Source: Clostridiales bacterium (GTDB lineage: Bacteria > Bacillota > Clostridia > Oscillospirales > CAG-272). From it: a stretch of DNA of 64,000 bases. The position numbers and the translations under genes are program-made. Positions 41,341 to 50,292 of the stretch are shown here, piece by piece (the first letter of the stretch is position 1; every line of letters starts with the position of its first letter). The notes under the pieces are model-generated. The model made no database searches, was not told the origin of the DNA, and worked only from the letters and a program-made list of their open reading frames with translations. The stretch lies in contig JAEEYP010000095.1 in assembly GCA_016288155.1 (NCBI GenBank), positions 107-64,106 on the forward strand, in the 5' to 3' direction.

Positions 41341-42552
41341 ATGAACGAAAACATGAACGAAAACAACGATTTCCAGTTGACGCTCGATCCCTTCGGCACG
41401 AATGCCGCCGCCGCTGCCGCCGCCGTCGCCGAGGCTCCCGAGGAAGGAGAGGCAGCCGCCGCGCAGAAGGAGGCGCCCTCCGCCGCCGCGCTCGCGGAAG
41501 CGCAGCTTTCCGACGCCGAGAAGAAAGCCATCGAGGATTTCGCGAAGAAGATCGACGTCACGGACACCGCCACCGTCCTCCAGTACGGCGCCGGCACGCA
41601 GCAGAAGATCGCCAACTTCTCCGACGCCGCGCTTGGCAACGTCCGCACCAAGGACTTCGGCGAGGTCGGCGACATGGTCTCGAATCTCGTCGGCGAGCTG
41701 AAAAATTTCAACGCCGAGCTGGACAACAATTCCTTCTTTGAGAAGCTGTTCCGGAAGACGAAGAAGAGCCTCGACGTCACGAAAGCGAAATACGACAAGG
41801 CGGAAGCGTCCGTCAACAGCATCGTCACCGTCCTCGAGGGACATCAGGTCACCCTGCTCAAGGACGTGGCGACGCTCGACAAAATGTACGACATCAACCT
41901 CAGCTACTACAAGGAGCTGACGATGTACATCCTCGCCGGGAAGAAGGCGCTCGCCAACGCCCGCGCCACGAAGCTGGCGGAGCTGCAGGAGACCGCGCAG
42001 AGGACCGGCACGCCGGAGGACGCCCAGAAGGCGAGCGACTACGCCGCGATGTGCGACCGCTTCGAGAAGAAGATCTACGATCTCGAGCTGACGCGGATGG
42101 TCTCCATCCAGATGGCGCCGCAGATCCGTCTCATCCAGAACAACGACACGCTGATGAGCGAGAAGATCAACTCGACCATCGTGAACACGATCCCGCTCTG
42201 GAAGAGCCAGATGGTCATCGCGCTCGGCCTCGCGCATTCGGAACAGGCGATGCAGGCGCAGCAGGCCGTCACGCAGATGACGAACGAACTGCTCCGCAAG
42301 AACGCGGAAAAGCTCCATCAGAGCACCGTTGCCATCTCCCGCGAGGCGGAACGCGGTGTGATCGACATCGACACGCTGACGCATACGAACCAGGAACTCA
42401 TCAACACGCTCGACGAAGTCCAGCAGATCCAGCGGGAAGGACGTGAACAGCGCCACGCCGCCGAAATGGAACTCGGCCGTCTGGAGAACGAGCTGAAACA
42501 GAAGCTGCTCAACATCCAGAACGAGTACGCACCGAAGAAGCCGAACGCATGA
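41341..42552 (+). CDS. telA: TelA/YaaN toxic anion resistance family protein
   Basis: 403 aa: IEDFAKKIDVTDTATVLQYGAGTQQKIANFSDAAL...DFGEVGDMVSNLVGELKNF. Confidence 0.85.
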   Translation: MNENMNENNDFQLTLDPFGTNAAAAAAAVAEAPEEGEAAAAQKEAPSAAALAEAQLSDAEKKAIEDFAKKIDVTDTATVLQYGAGTQQKIANFSDAALGNVRTKDFGEVGDMVSNLVGELKNFNAELDNNSFFEKLFRKTKKSLDVTKAKYDKAEASVNSIVTVLEGHQVTLLKDVATLDKMYDINLSYYKELTMYILAGKKALANARATKLAELQETAQRTGTPEDAQKASDYAAMCDRFEKKIYDLELTRMVSIQMAPQIRLIQNNDTLMSEKINSTIVNTIPLWKSQMVIALGLAHSEQAMQAQQAVTQMTNELLRKNAEKLHQSTVAISREAERGVIDIDTLTHTNQELINTLDEVQQIQREGREQRHAAEMELGRLENELKQKLLNIQNEYAPKKPNA

Positions 42553-43085
42553 AACGGATCCTGCACAGCCGCGCGGCGGCGATCCTCGCGCTGATCCTTC
42601 TGATCCCCATCTCCGTCGTCCTCGGCGGGAGAGTCGCTCTCTTCCGCCTCGCGGCGAAGGCGGAAGCGGCGTATACGGAGGATTCGGCGCGCTGGGGCTG
42701 CGCGAAAAGCGACGCGCAGAAGATCGCAGAGTACGGGGATCAGCTCAGCGCGATCACGGCAGCGCTTACCGGCGACGTGTCGCTCGCGGAAAAGGCGGAA
42801 GCGGCGCGCCGCGCCGCCGACGCCTCGCCGATCGGACAGACGGAGGTCGTCGCGCTCTACCGCGCCGCCGCCGTCGCCTATCAGTCGCTGCAGATCGATC
42901 CGTCGCTGACCGACCAGCAGAAGCGCTCGGCGACCGCGTATTTCTACGAGATGCAGTCCGTCATGCAGCGGCTGGCGAACAACGAAGCGTACGCCCGCGC
43001 GGCGGCGCGCTACAACGAGGCGTGCCGCTCGTTCCCCTCCTCTCTCTGGGGCGGACGCGAGGCGGCGGTGTATCCGTCCGCCTGA
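42549..43085 (+). CDS. LemA-like membrane-anchored protein (divergent)
   Basis: 178 aa with an N-terminal TM. C-terminal YARAAARYNEACRSFPSSLWGG resembles the LemA ARxxYNxxVxxYNxxIxxFPxNL motif. ATGA overlap with telA; followed by a TPM gene, as in LemA-TPM pairs. Confidence 0.45.
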   Translation: MKRILHSRAAAILALILLIPISVVLGGRVALFRLAAKAEAAYTEDSARWGCAKSDAQKIAEYGDQLSAITAALTGDVSLAEKAEAARRAADASPIGQTEVVALYRAAAVAYQSLQIDPSLTDQQKRSATAYFYEMQSVMQRLANNEAYARAAARYNEACRSFPSSLWGGREAAVYPSA

Positions 43086-43094
43086 CGTGCCGCG

Positions 43095-44090
43095 GTGCAC
43101 GGAGTGCTATATTATGATAAGGATGAAAACACATTGAACGTCCAGCGACCGATACGGCGGCTTGCCGCCGTTCTTGTCTGCCTCGTCTGCCTCGGGGCGC
43201 TTGCCGCCTGTTCCCGCGCCGTGCCCGACGCGCCGGAGGATTTCTACGTGCTCGACACGGCGAACGTTCTGAACAAGGCGACGGAAAATCATATCATCCG
43301 GCAGAACGACGCGCTCAGCGCCGCCTGCGGCGCGCAGATCGTCGTGGTCTGCGTCCCCGGGACGGAGCCGCTCGGCATCGCGGAGTACACGACGCGCATC
43401 ATGAACGAATGGGGCGTCGGCTCCGCGGAGCGCAACAACGGCGTCGTGCTCGTGCTCGCCATCGAGGACGACGACTACTGGATCCAGCAGGGAAAGGGAC
43501 TCGAGGATCTCTTGCCGAGCGGCACGCTCAAGCTCCTGCTCGAAGATCATCTGGAGCCGTACTTCGCACAGAAGCAATACGGCGAGGGCGTGCGCGCGCT
43601 CTTCGACGCGCTGACGGCGGAGCTCGCCGCCGTTTACGGCGTCGACCTCGACGATGCCGCCGCGCAGACGCCGTCCTCCGACGGGAAAAAGGAAACCAAA
43701 GGAAGCGCGCTGACCGCCGTCATCTGGATCCTCGTCATCCTCATCGCCGCGCTCCTCATCGCCGCGTGGCTCAATTCCAATCACACGCTGCGCCGGGTAC
43801 GGCGCAGTCTGCCGCGCCGCCGAACCGCCTCGCCGCCGCGCTACACGGGGCGCGCCCGCTCCCGTACGGAACGGCACTACGGCGGCTATACGAACGGATA
43901 CGGGGTCACCTCCCGCCGCGCTCCGTCGCGGAACGTGGATCTCCCCCTGCCCCAGAAACGTCCGGATGCCTACGGCGCCGGCCGTCCCTCCGGTTCGTCC
44001 GTTCAGTCCGGACGCACCGGTCAGAGCGCCCCGTCCGGCCGCTCCGGCGGCGGCGGGATCTCCCGCGGCGGCGGCGCCGGTCGGCGCTGA
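43095..44090 (+). CDS. TPM domain (YgcG-like) lipoprotein with Gly/Arg/Ser-rich tail
   Basis: Lipobox LGALAAC. TPM core FYVLDTANVLN...QIVVVCVPG...NNGVVLVLAIEDDDYWIQQGKG. One TM after the domain. Start ambiguous (GTG 43095/43104 or TTG 43134). Confidence 0.8.
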   Translation: MHGVLYYDKDENTLNVQRPIRRLAAVLVCLVCLGALAACSRAVPDAPEDFYVLDTANVLNKATENHIIRQNDALSAACGAQIVVVCVPGTEPLGIAEYTTRIMNEWGVGSAERNNGVVLVLAIEDDDYWIQQGKGLEDLLPSGTLKLLLEDHLEPYFAQKQYGEGVRALFDALTAELAAVYGVDLDDAAAQTPSSDGKKETKGSALTAVIWILVILIAALLIAAWLNSNHTLRRVRRSLPRRRTASPPRYTGRARSRTERHYGGYTNGYGVTSRRAPSRNVDLPLPQKRPDAYGAGRPSGSSVQSGRTGQSAPSGRSGGGGISRGGGAGRR

Positions 44091-44116
44091 ACAGCCGATC
44101 ATCGAAGGAGGCCGCG

Positions 44117-44851
44117 ATGAACGCATCCCTTCTCTCCATCCTGCAGAAGTCCCGGCGCGCCGTGTTTTTCGGCGGCGCGGGCGTCTCGACGGAAAGCGGC
44201 ATCCCCGATTTCCGCTCCGCGCACGGGATCTACGCCGAAGGCGGCGAGATCCCGCCGGAGGAGATCCTCAGCCATCATTTCTTCCTCGCGCACCCGGACG
44301 TCTTCTTTGATTTCTACCGCCGCCATCTCCTCTTTCCCGACGCGAAGCCGAACCGAGCGCACACGGCGCTCGCCCGGCTGGAAGCGGCGGGACGGCTCGC
44401 CGCCGTCGTCACGCAGAATATCGACGGGCTCCACCAGGCGGCGGGCTCAAAGAACGTGTTCGAGCTGCACGGCTCCGTCCACCGCAACGCCTGCATGACG
44501 TGCGGCCGCCCGTATCCGCTCTCCTTCATTCTGGAGAGCGAGGGCGTCCCCCGCTGTCCGGCGTGCGGCGGCACCGTCAAGCCGGACGTCGTCCTCTATG
44601 AGGAACCGCTGGACGACGGCTGCATGAACGCCGCCGTCCGCGCGATCTCATCGGCGGACACGCTGCTCATCGGCGGCACGTCGCTCGCCGTGTATCCTGC
44701 CGCGTCGCTGACGCGCTGGTTTCGCGGCACATCGCTCGTGATCGTGAATCTCTCCCCGACGCCGCAGGATTCCTCGGCGGATCTCGTCGTCGCGGAGCCG
44801 ATCGGGCAGGCGCTCGGCGACGCCGTCGACGCGCTGCTCTCTCCCGGCTGA
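44117..44851 (+). CDS. cobB: NAD-dependent protein deacylase (Sir2 family)
   Basis: Start placed at ATG 44117 (SD GAAGGAGG). GAGVSTESGIPDFRS, TQNIDGLH, zinc site CMTCG...CPACGG. Confidence 0.9.
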   Translation: MNASLLSILQKSRRAVFFGGAGVSTESGIPDFRSAHGIYAEGGEIPPEEILSHHFFLAHPDVFFDFYRRHLLFPDAKPNRAHTALARLEAAGRLAAVVTQNIDGLHQAAGSKNVFELHGSVHRNACMTCGRPYPLSFILESEGVPRCPACGGTVKPDVVLYEEPLDDGCMNAAVRAISSADTLLIGGTSLAVYPAASLTRWFRGTSLVIVNLSPTPQDSSADLVVAEPIGQALGDAVDALLSPG

Positions 44852-44869
44852 CCGATTCCCCGCACAGCG

Positions 44870-44900
44870 GCGGGGCAGACCGCTCTGCCCCGCTTTTCTT
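44870..44900 (+). terminator. rho-independent terminator
   Basis: GCGGGGCAG-ACCGCT-CTGCCCCGC followed by TTTTCTT. Ends 21 nt before the ABC-F start. Confidence 0.75.
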
Positions 44901-44921
44901 ATGTTCACGAAAGGAACGCAC

Positions 44922-46856
44922 ATGATCGCCATCAGCACGTCCGGGCTCGCCTATCGGATCGGCGCCCGTGAGATATTGCACAACGTATCGTTCTCGCTGG
45001 AGGAGGGCGACCGCCTCGCCGTCGTCGGCGTGAACGGGAGCGGAAAATCCACGCTCTTCCGCCTGCTCACCGGCGAATACGCGCCGGACGAGGGCGCCGT
45101 CTATATTGCCAAAGACAAGACGGTCGGCATGCTCGAGCAAGACGACGCCTTCCATATCCTCAAGGGCGAGGGGGATTCCCCGCTCGACGAAACGGTCCTC
45201 GGTCAGATGTACGCCGCCTTCCCCGATCTCTGCCGCATGGAGGCGCGCCTCGCGCGCATGGAGCAGGAGCTGAAGACGGCGACCGGCGAGGCGCTGACGC
45301 GCCTGAGCGCGGAATTCGCCGCGCTGAACGCGCGCTTCGCGGCGGACGGCGGGCTCCACTACAAATCCCGCTGCCGGAGCTTCCTCATCCGTCTCGGCTT
45401 CCCCGAGGAGTTCCACAGCCTCCCGATCGACCGTCTCAGCGGCGGTCAGCGCACGCGGCTCGCGCTCGCACGGCTCCTCTCGTGGGAGCCGGACATCCTC
45501 CTCCTCGACGAGCCGACGAACCACCTCGACACCGACACGATGCTGTGGCTGGAGACGCACCTCGCCTCCTACAAAAAGACGCTGCTCCTCGTCAGCCACG
45601 ACCGGTATTTTCTCGACCGCGTCACGACGAAGACGCTCGACATCGAGAACCGCACGGCGAAGCTCTACCGCGCGCCGTACACGGAATACGTCCGCCAGAA
45701 AAAGGAAGACCGCGCCGCGCAGCAGAAGCAGTACGAGCTCCAGCAGAAGGAGATCGCGCGGCAGGAGGCGTACATCGCCCAGCAGCGCCAGTGGAACCGC
45801 GAGCGGAACATCATCGCGGCGGAGAGCCGTGAAAAGGCGCTCGCGCGCATGGAGAAGGTCGAGCGCCCGGCGGATCTCCCGGCGTCGATCCGCTTCGCGT
45901 TCACGGAATCGGGGGAAAGCGGGAATGACGTGCTCTCCGTGCGGCGGCTGGCGAAATCCTATCCGAACAAGCCGCTCTTTACGGATCTCAGCTTTGAAGT
46001 GAAGAAGCGGGACCGCCTCTTCATCCTCGGACCGAACGGATCGGGGAAATCGACGCTCGTCAAGCTCCTGCTCGGCAAGATCGCGCCGGACGCGGGGCGG
46101 ATCGAGTTCGGCTACAACGTGACGGTCGGCTACTACGACCAGGAGAACCAGAACCTGACGCCGGAGAACACGGTGCTCGAGGAACTGTGGAGCACGTATC
46201 CGACGCTGACGCAGACGGAGATCCGCTCGACGCTCGCGCTCTTCCTCTTCCGCGGCGAGGACATCGAGAAGACCGTCTCGGTACTGAGCGGCGGGGAGCG
46301 CGCGCGGCTGACGCTGGCGAAGCTGATCCTCTCGAAGATGAACGTGTTGATCCTCGACGAGCCGACGAACCACCTCGACATCCAGTCGCGCGAGGCGCTG
46401 GAGGAAGCGCTGTCGGCGTTCGACGGCACGATCATCGCCGTCTCGCACGACCGGTATTTCATCTCCAAGCTGGCAACGCGGATCCTGACGCTCGCCCCGG
46501 AGGGGGCGGTGGACTTCATGGGCGGCTACGAGGCGTACTGCGAGGACCGCGCGCGCCGCTCAGCACCCGCGGCGGCCGAAGCGGAGGCGGCGGAGCCAAA
46601 ATCCTCCGACGGGAAGGAACAGTACCTCCAGCGCAAGCAGGAGGCGGCGCGCCTCCGCCAGCGCGAGCGGCGCAAAGAGGCCGTGGCGGAGGAGATCGCC
46701 AAGCTGGAGAAGCGTCTGGCGGACCTCCTCGACGAGCTCTTCGGCCCCGCGGCGTCCGATTACGTGCGCGCCGCCGCCCTCGAGGACGAGCGCGTCACCG
46801 TCGAAGACCACCTCATGCAGCTCTACGAGGAAGAAGAGGAGTTAGGAAAAGAATAA
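44922..46856 (+). CDS. ABC-F family ATPase (Uup/YdiF-like translation factor type)
   Basis: Two ABC cassettes (GVNGSGKST; LSGGQRTRLALA; GPNGSGKST; LSGGERARL), no TM domain, and a charged coiled-coil C-terminus. ATG 44922 preferred (SD AAAGGAA) over 44901. Confidence 0.9.
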   Translation: MIAISTSGLAYRIGAREILHNVSFSLEEGDRLAVVGVNGSGKSTLFRLLTGEYAPDEGAVYIAKDKTVGMLEQDDAFHILKGEGDSPLDETVLGQMYAAFPDLCRMEARLARMEQELKTATGEALTRLSAEFAALNARFAADGGLHYKSRCRSFLIRLGFPEEFHSLPIDRLSGGQRTRLALARLLSWEPDILLLDEPTNHLDTDTMLWLETHLASYKKTLLLVSHDRYFLDRVTTKTLDIENRTAKLYRAPYTEYVRQKKEDRAAQQKQYELQQKEIARQEAYIAQQRQWNRERNIIAAESREKALARMEKVERPADLPASIRFAFTESGESGNDVLSVRRLAKSYPNKPLFTDLSFEVKKRDRLFILGPNGSGKSTLVKLLLGKIAPDAGRIEFGYNVTVGYYDQENQNLTPENTVLEELWSTYPTLTQTEIRSTLALFLFRGEDIEKTVSVLSGGERARLTLAKLILSKMNVLILDEPTNHLDIQSREALEEALSAFDGTIIAVSHDRYFISKLATRILTLAPEGAVDFMGGYEAYCEDRARRSAPAAAEAEAAEPKSSDGKEQYLQRKQEAARLRQRERRKEAVAEEIAKLEKRLADLLDELFGPAASDYVRAAALEDERVTVEDHLMQLYEEEEELGKE

Positions 46857-46861
46857 AGAAG

Positions 46862-47526
46862 GCGGGGAGGGACTTTCTGAGAGAAAGTCCCTACCCGCAC
46901 CCCCGTCTCAAAGACCTTTATGGCAGAAGCAGGACAAGGTGCAGCGGAGATTTTTCCTCGGCGCCTTGTTGTTTTATGGGGAAAGGGGGAGATTGGGGGG
47001 GACTCCTTCGGCAAACGTAAAATATAGGGCGGGTCGACTTGATTTTAGGCAAAAGCAAAACATCGTCGTTCTCCCAGCGTGCGGACCTTTACCTGATACA
47101 TCTGTCAGCCGTAGTAAGGTACAAAAGAAAACGCCCCCAGCATTTGATCCGCCCGGGGTGCGGGGACACGATCGCCGCAAAGTCTGCGCATACGCAGCGT
47201 GCGGCGGACCGAGATCATTCCTTCGCGCTTTCTCATAAGGAGAGGAGCCCGGCTCCTCTCCTTATGGATCCACTCCCGCCGAGGGGGCTCCGCCCCCTCC
47301 GGCCACCTCCGCCAAAGGGGACCTCTTATCGCGGGGCTGAAGCCCCGGTCCCCTTTGGGATCCCCGGCGGCAGATACAGGTATCCGCTGACGGATGGACA
47401 GCGGTTGGGGGCACAGCCCCCAATCCCCCCCATTGCGGGCATTGGCGAGAGGCGCTCGGTAACGGAACAACGGAGAGAGATCGGAAACGTTTGACAGCGT
47501 CGGCAAATATGGTTTGCCGCGATCTC
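46862..47526. other. hairpin-dense non-coding region (candidate structured RNA or palindromic-element array)
   Basis: Perfect or near-perfect stems at 46862-46898, 47234-47266 (15 bp), 47281-47299, 47312-47358 (12 bp outer plus 5 bp inner), 47384-47404, 47405-47423, and 47477-47526 (nested). No protein-like ORF. Confidence 0.55.
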
Positions 47527-47583
47527 CAATAGATTATTTGATCCGCGGGGGCGCGGTCGGATGGGGGTACGGCAGGCGTTCGC

Positions 47584-48198
47584 TCACTCCTCCGCGCGCG
47601 GGTCCTGTGCCCCGTTCTGCCGCAGGGCGGCTTCCAGATACGCCGTCATCTCGCCGTCCGGCTCGAGGACGAGCCCCGTCGCCTGCCCCTCCCCGTCGAC
47701 AAAGACGGCCATATACTGCGGCAGATCGTGCGAAAAGGATACGGTGTACTGAAAAACGCGCATCTCCGGGTACAGCCGGTACGGTTCCCGCTCCCGTCCG
47801 CCCTCGCGCGGCAATGGCGCGAAGTACCGCAGCTCCTCCATCGCGAAGCAGGCGTCGAGCACCGCCGCGCGGCGTCCCTGCGTCTTGCGCACGGTAAAGT
47901 CGAGCGCCGCGTTCGGAAGACAGCGCACGTCCGGCAGCGGCGCGGCCGCCGCGAGCTCGCCCTCGCCCTCCCACGCCGTCCCGCCGCCCTTCGGCACGAC
48001 GGCGTAGGTGAACGAAGTCATCAGATACCGCCCGGCGATATAGATCCCGCCGACGGCGAAGACGATCCCCGCCAACTGGAGCACGGCGCGTCCGGCGGAG
48101 ATCTCCGCGCCCGCGAGAAAGCACGCGGCGCCGCATGCGAAAAACACCCACATGCAGCGCACGGCGCGGCGCGTCTGAGCTCTCGGAGTATATTCCAT
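47584..48198 (-). CDS. hypothetical membrane protein (2 TM plus soluble domain)
   Basis: Start placed at MEYTPRAQ (ATG 48198). Coding-type GC3 pattern. No family recognised. Confidence 0.5.
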   Translation of the reverse strand: MEYTPRAQTRRAVRCMWVFFACGAACFLAGAEISAGRAVLQLAGIVFAVGGIYIAGRYLMTSFTYAVVPKGGGTAWEGEGELAAAAPLPDVRCLPNAALDFTVRKTQGRRAAVLDACFAMEELRYFAPLPREGGREREPYRLYPEMRVFQYTVSFSHDLPQYMAVFVDGEGQATGLVLEPDGEMTAYLEAALRQNGAQDPRAEE

Positions 48199-48221
48199 GT
48201 CCGCCCCTTTCCGCCCCCAGA

Positions 48222-48263
48222 GAAAGCACAAGGCCGCAGATACCTGCGGCCTCTGTAAAAAAC
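48222..48263 (-). terminator. two hairpins downstream of rpmF (terminator/attenuator candidates)
   Basis: Minus strand: AACGG-ATC-CCGTT followed by TTTTT, then GGCCGCAG-GTAT-CTGCGGCC followed by TTGTGCTTTC. Confidence 0.4.
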
Positions 48264-48292
48264 GGGATCCGTTCTTTACGGCTTTGTCCGGA

Positions 48293-48475
48293 TTACGCTT
48301 CCTTTTTCACGATCTCTTTGCCGTCATAATATCCGCAAGCCTTGCAGACACGGTGGGAGAGATTGTATTCGCCGCAATGCGGGCACTTTACCAACGCGGG
48401 CATGTCGAGCTTCCAGACGTTCGAACGTCTCCTGTCTCTGCGCGCCTTGGATGTTTTTCTCTTCGGAACTGCCAT
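48293..48475 (-). CDS. rpmF: 50S ribosomal protein L32 (zinc-ribbon form)
   Basis: Start moved to [23 protein letters not shown]...CKACG. Confidence 0.96.
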   Translation of the reverse strand: MAVPKRKTSKARRDRRRSNVWKLDMPALVKCPHCGEYNLSHRVCKACGYYDGKEIVKKEA

Positions 48476-48527
48476 CCTGAACACCTCCTTACGGGTCTAA
48501 GTCGTTACAGACTGATATATTATACAC

Positions 48528-49067
48528 CTATTCTTCGGGCTTTTCAAGTAGTTTTTGCAAAATTGCGAGTCTCGGATCGATTTCTTTTTTCGCATCGCAC
48601 GTACATCCGCCCTCCGCGCGCTTTTTTCCGCACCGCGGACAGAGTCCGGGGCAGTCCTCGCGGCAGAGATGGTACATCGGCAGATTGAGCAGGATCTCCT
48701 CCGTGAGGCAGTCCTGTGCGTCCGCCGTGCCGTTCTCCATCGTGAGCAGATTGTCCTCGTAGTCCGCGTCCCGCTGTGTGCCGCCGCCCGACGCGGCATC
48801 CGTCTCGATGATCCGCTCCGCGTGCACCGTCAGCGTGCGGGAGACGACGTCAAGGCAGCGCGCGCACTCCGTTTCGTAGACGCACGAGGCGTCCGCCGTC
48901 AGCGCGAGATATCCGTAATGCGCCGTCACGGCGACGTGCGCGGCGATCGGCTCCGTCAGCCGGATATCATCCGGCAGAAGCGGTCCGTCCGCGTCCGGCG
49001 TATAAGTGAAATCCCATTCCTGCGACGAGGCGCGCCCCTCGAGCAGCGCCGTCAGATCCAGCCGCAT
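48528..49067 (-). CDS. yceD: YceD/DUF177 family protein (23S rRNA accumulation protein)
   Basis: 179 aa, upstream of rpmF as usual. C-terminal CREDCPGLCPRCGKKRAEGGCTCD. Confidence 0.85.
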   Translation of the reverse strand: MRLDLTALLEGRASSQEWDFTYTPDADGPLLPDDIRLTEPIAAHVAVTAHYGYLALTADASCVYETECARCLDVVSRTLTVHAERIIETDAASGGGTQRDADYEDNLLTMENGTADAQDCLTEEILLNLPMYHLCREDCPGLCPRCGKKRAEGGCTCDAKKEIDPRLAILQKLLEKPEE

Positions 49068-49194
49068 GGCTTCGCCTCCTCCCGTCCGGATCGGTCTGTG
49101 CGCCCGTGTGCGGGGAATCGGGGCGCGGTACGTATCATTATAGTGAATTTCCGGCGCCCTGTCAATGGAATCGGCGGAAAAAATCGCGCCGCTC

Positions 49195-49223
49195 TTGTAT
49201 TTTCTTCCGGGATTTGCTATAAT
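49195..49223 (+). promoter_or_regulatory. candidate sigma-A promoter
   Basis: TTGTAT, 17-nt spacer, TGcTATAAT. About 30 nt upstream of ATG 49256. Confidence 0.6.
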
Positions 49224-49255
49224 ACTATCAAATCAGTCCCGCCGACGGAGGAAAA

Positions 49256-49831
49256 ATGAAAACTGCCAGCCGCATCGCCAAATGGATCGTGGTATTCATC
49301 ATCTTTTTCCTGAACGCGCTCATCATCTTCCGCTGCTGTTTCGCGGCGGAGCGCTTCACGCTCTCCCGCATCACGCCGACGGAAGCGCTTACCGCCGCCT
49401 ACCGCGCCGATCCGTCGCTGACGATGTGGACGCACAAGCCGGTCCGGGAACTCTCCGAGGACGGATACATGACGCTGTACGCGATCGTCTATATCCCCTC
49501 GATCCGTCAGCTGCAGCTCACCGTCCGCTACAACGACAGCGTATGCTCCTACAATTCGCTCCCGGAGGACACCGTCTTCACCTTCGCGCTGCGCGATTCC
49601 GAAGGCAGCGCCGACGTCCCCGCCGCCGTCGCGGGCGCAGAGAAAAAGCTGATGTACAACTACCGCCGTATCATCTTCGACGGCGTCGACGTCACCGACA
49701 CGAACATCCTGACGCTCGTCATGCTGGCGGGAGACGAAGAGATCTCCACGGACATCGTCCACCATGCGGACCAGAACGTCGTGATCGAACCGTATAAGCT
49801 GAGCGGTGCGGAAAAGAAGCTGCTCGCGTAA
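49256..49831 (+). CDS. hypothetical signal-anchored protein
   Basis: 191 aa. N-terminal anchor KWIVVFIIFFLNALIIFRCCF, then a ~150-aa beta-rich-looking domain. SD GGAGGAAAA. Confidence 0.6.
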   Translation: MKTASRIAKWIVVFIIFFLNALIIFRCCFAAERFTLSRITPTEALTAAYRADPSLTMWTHKPVRELSEDGYMTLYAIVYIPSIRQLQLTVRYNDSVCSYNSLPEDTVFTFALRDSEGSADVPAAVAGAEKKLMYNYRRIIFDGVDVTDTNILTLVMLAGDEEISTDIVHHADQNVVIEPYKLSGAEKKLLA

Positions 49832-49862
49832 ACTCGCGTGAATGAGAGGAAGAAGGAACGCT

Positions 49863-50273
49863 ATGGAACGGAAAGAGATCGTTTTCGACGGAAGCGCCGC
49901 GCACAGCGCGGAGGAATTCTTTGAAGAAGCGCGCCGCGCGCTGACCGCCGCGGACTGCGACGTCCCCTGCCGGAACCTGAGCGCGCTGGCGGATCTTCTG
50001 CGCGGCGGCTTCGGCGTCCACGCCTATGGTCAGCCGATCGCCGTGCGCTGGACGCACGCGCGCGCCGCGCGCACCGCGCTCGGTCACGAGACGGCGGCAC
50101 GGTACTGGGAGCGGGTCTCCCGCCGCTGTCATTCCTCCCGGCGGGAGGAGATCGCAGCGCGGGCGGAAGCCGCGGCACGCGGCGAGGGACCGACTTTCTT
50201 TGAAACGGTCTGCGCCATCCTGTTCGACCGCCGGAACGCGGACTGCACCGTGACCTTCGTGGAAGAAGAGTGA
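49863..50273 (+). CDS. barstar-like (ribonuclease inhibitor family) protein
   Basis: Start placed at MERKEIVFDGSAAHSAEEFFEEARRAL...RNLSALADLLRGG...PIAVRWTH. This mirrors the barstar pattern ...GENLDALWDCLTG...LEWR. Confidence 0.55.
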   Translation: MERKEIVFDGSAAHSAEEFFEEARRALTAADCDVPCRNLSALADLLRGGFGVHAYGQPIAVRWTHARAARTALGHETAARYWERVSRRCHSSRREEIAARAEAAARGEGPTFFETVCAILFDRRNADCTVTFVEEE

Positions 50274-50292
50274 CGCGCACGGGCACACAAAA

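Noticed and set aside
47039-47529. ORFs inside the hairpin-dense region: 47039-47494(+), 47105-47506(-), 47326-47529(-, TTG start with a CxxC).
   Set aside because: They have no SD, Pro/Arg/Gly-rich composition, and reading frames that run straight through perfect palindromes. This is more consistent with non-coding DNA.
46857-47583. The idea that the hairpin array is a retron msr/msd, a CRISPR array, or a tRNA/rRNA fragment.
   Set aside because: There is no reverse transcriptase or cas gene nearby. There are no regularly spaced identical direct repeats with unique spacers. There is no tRNA-like T-loop (GGTTCGAATCC-type) or rRNA signature.
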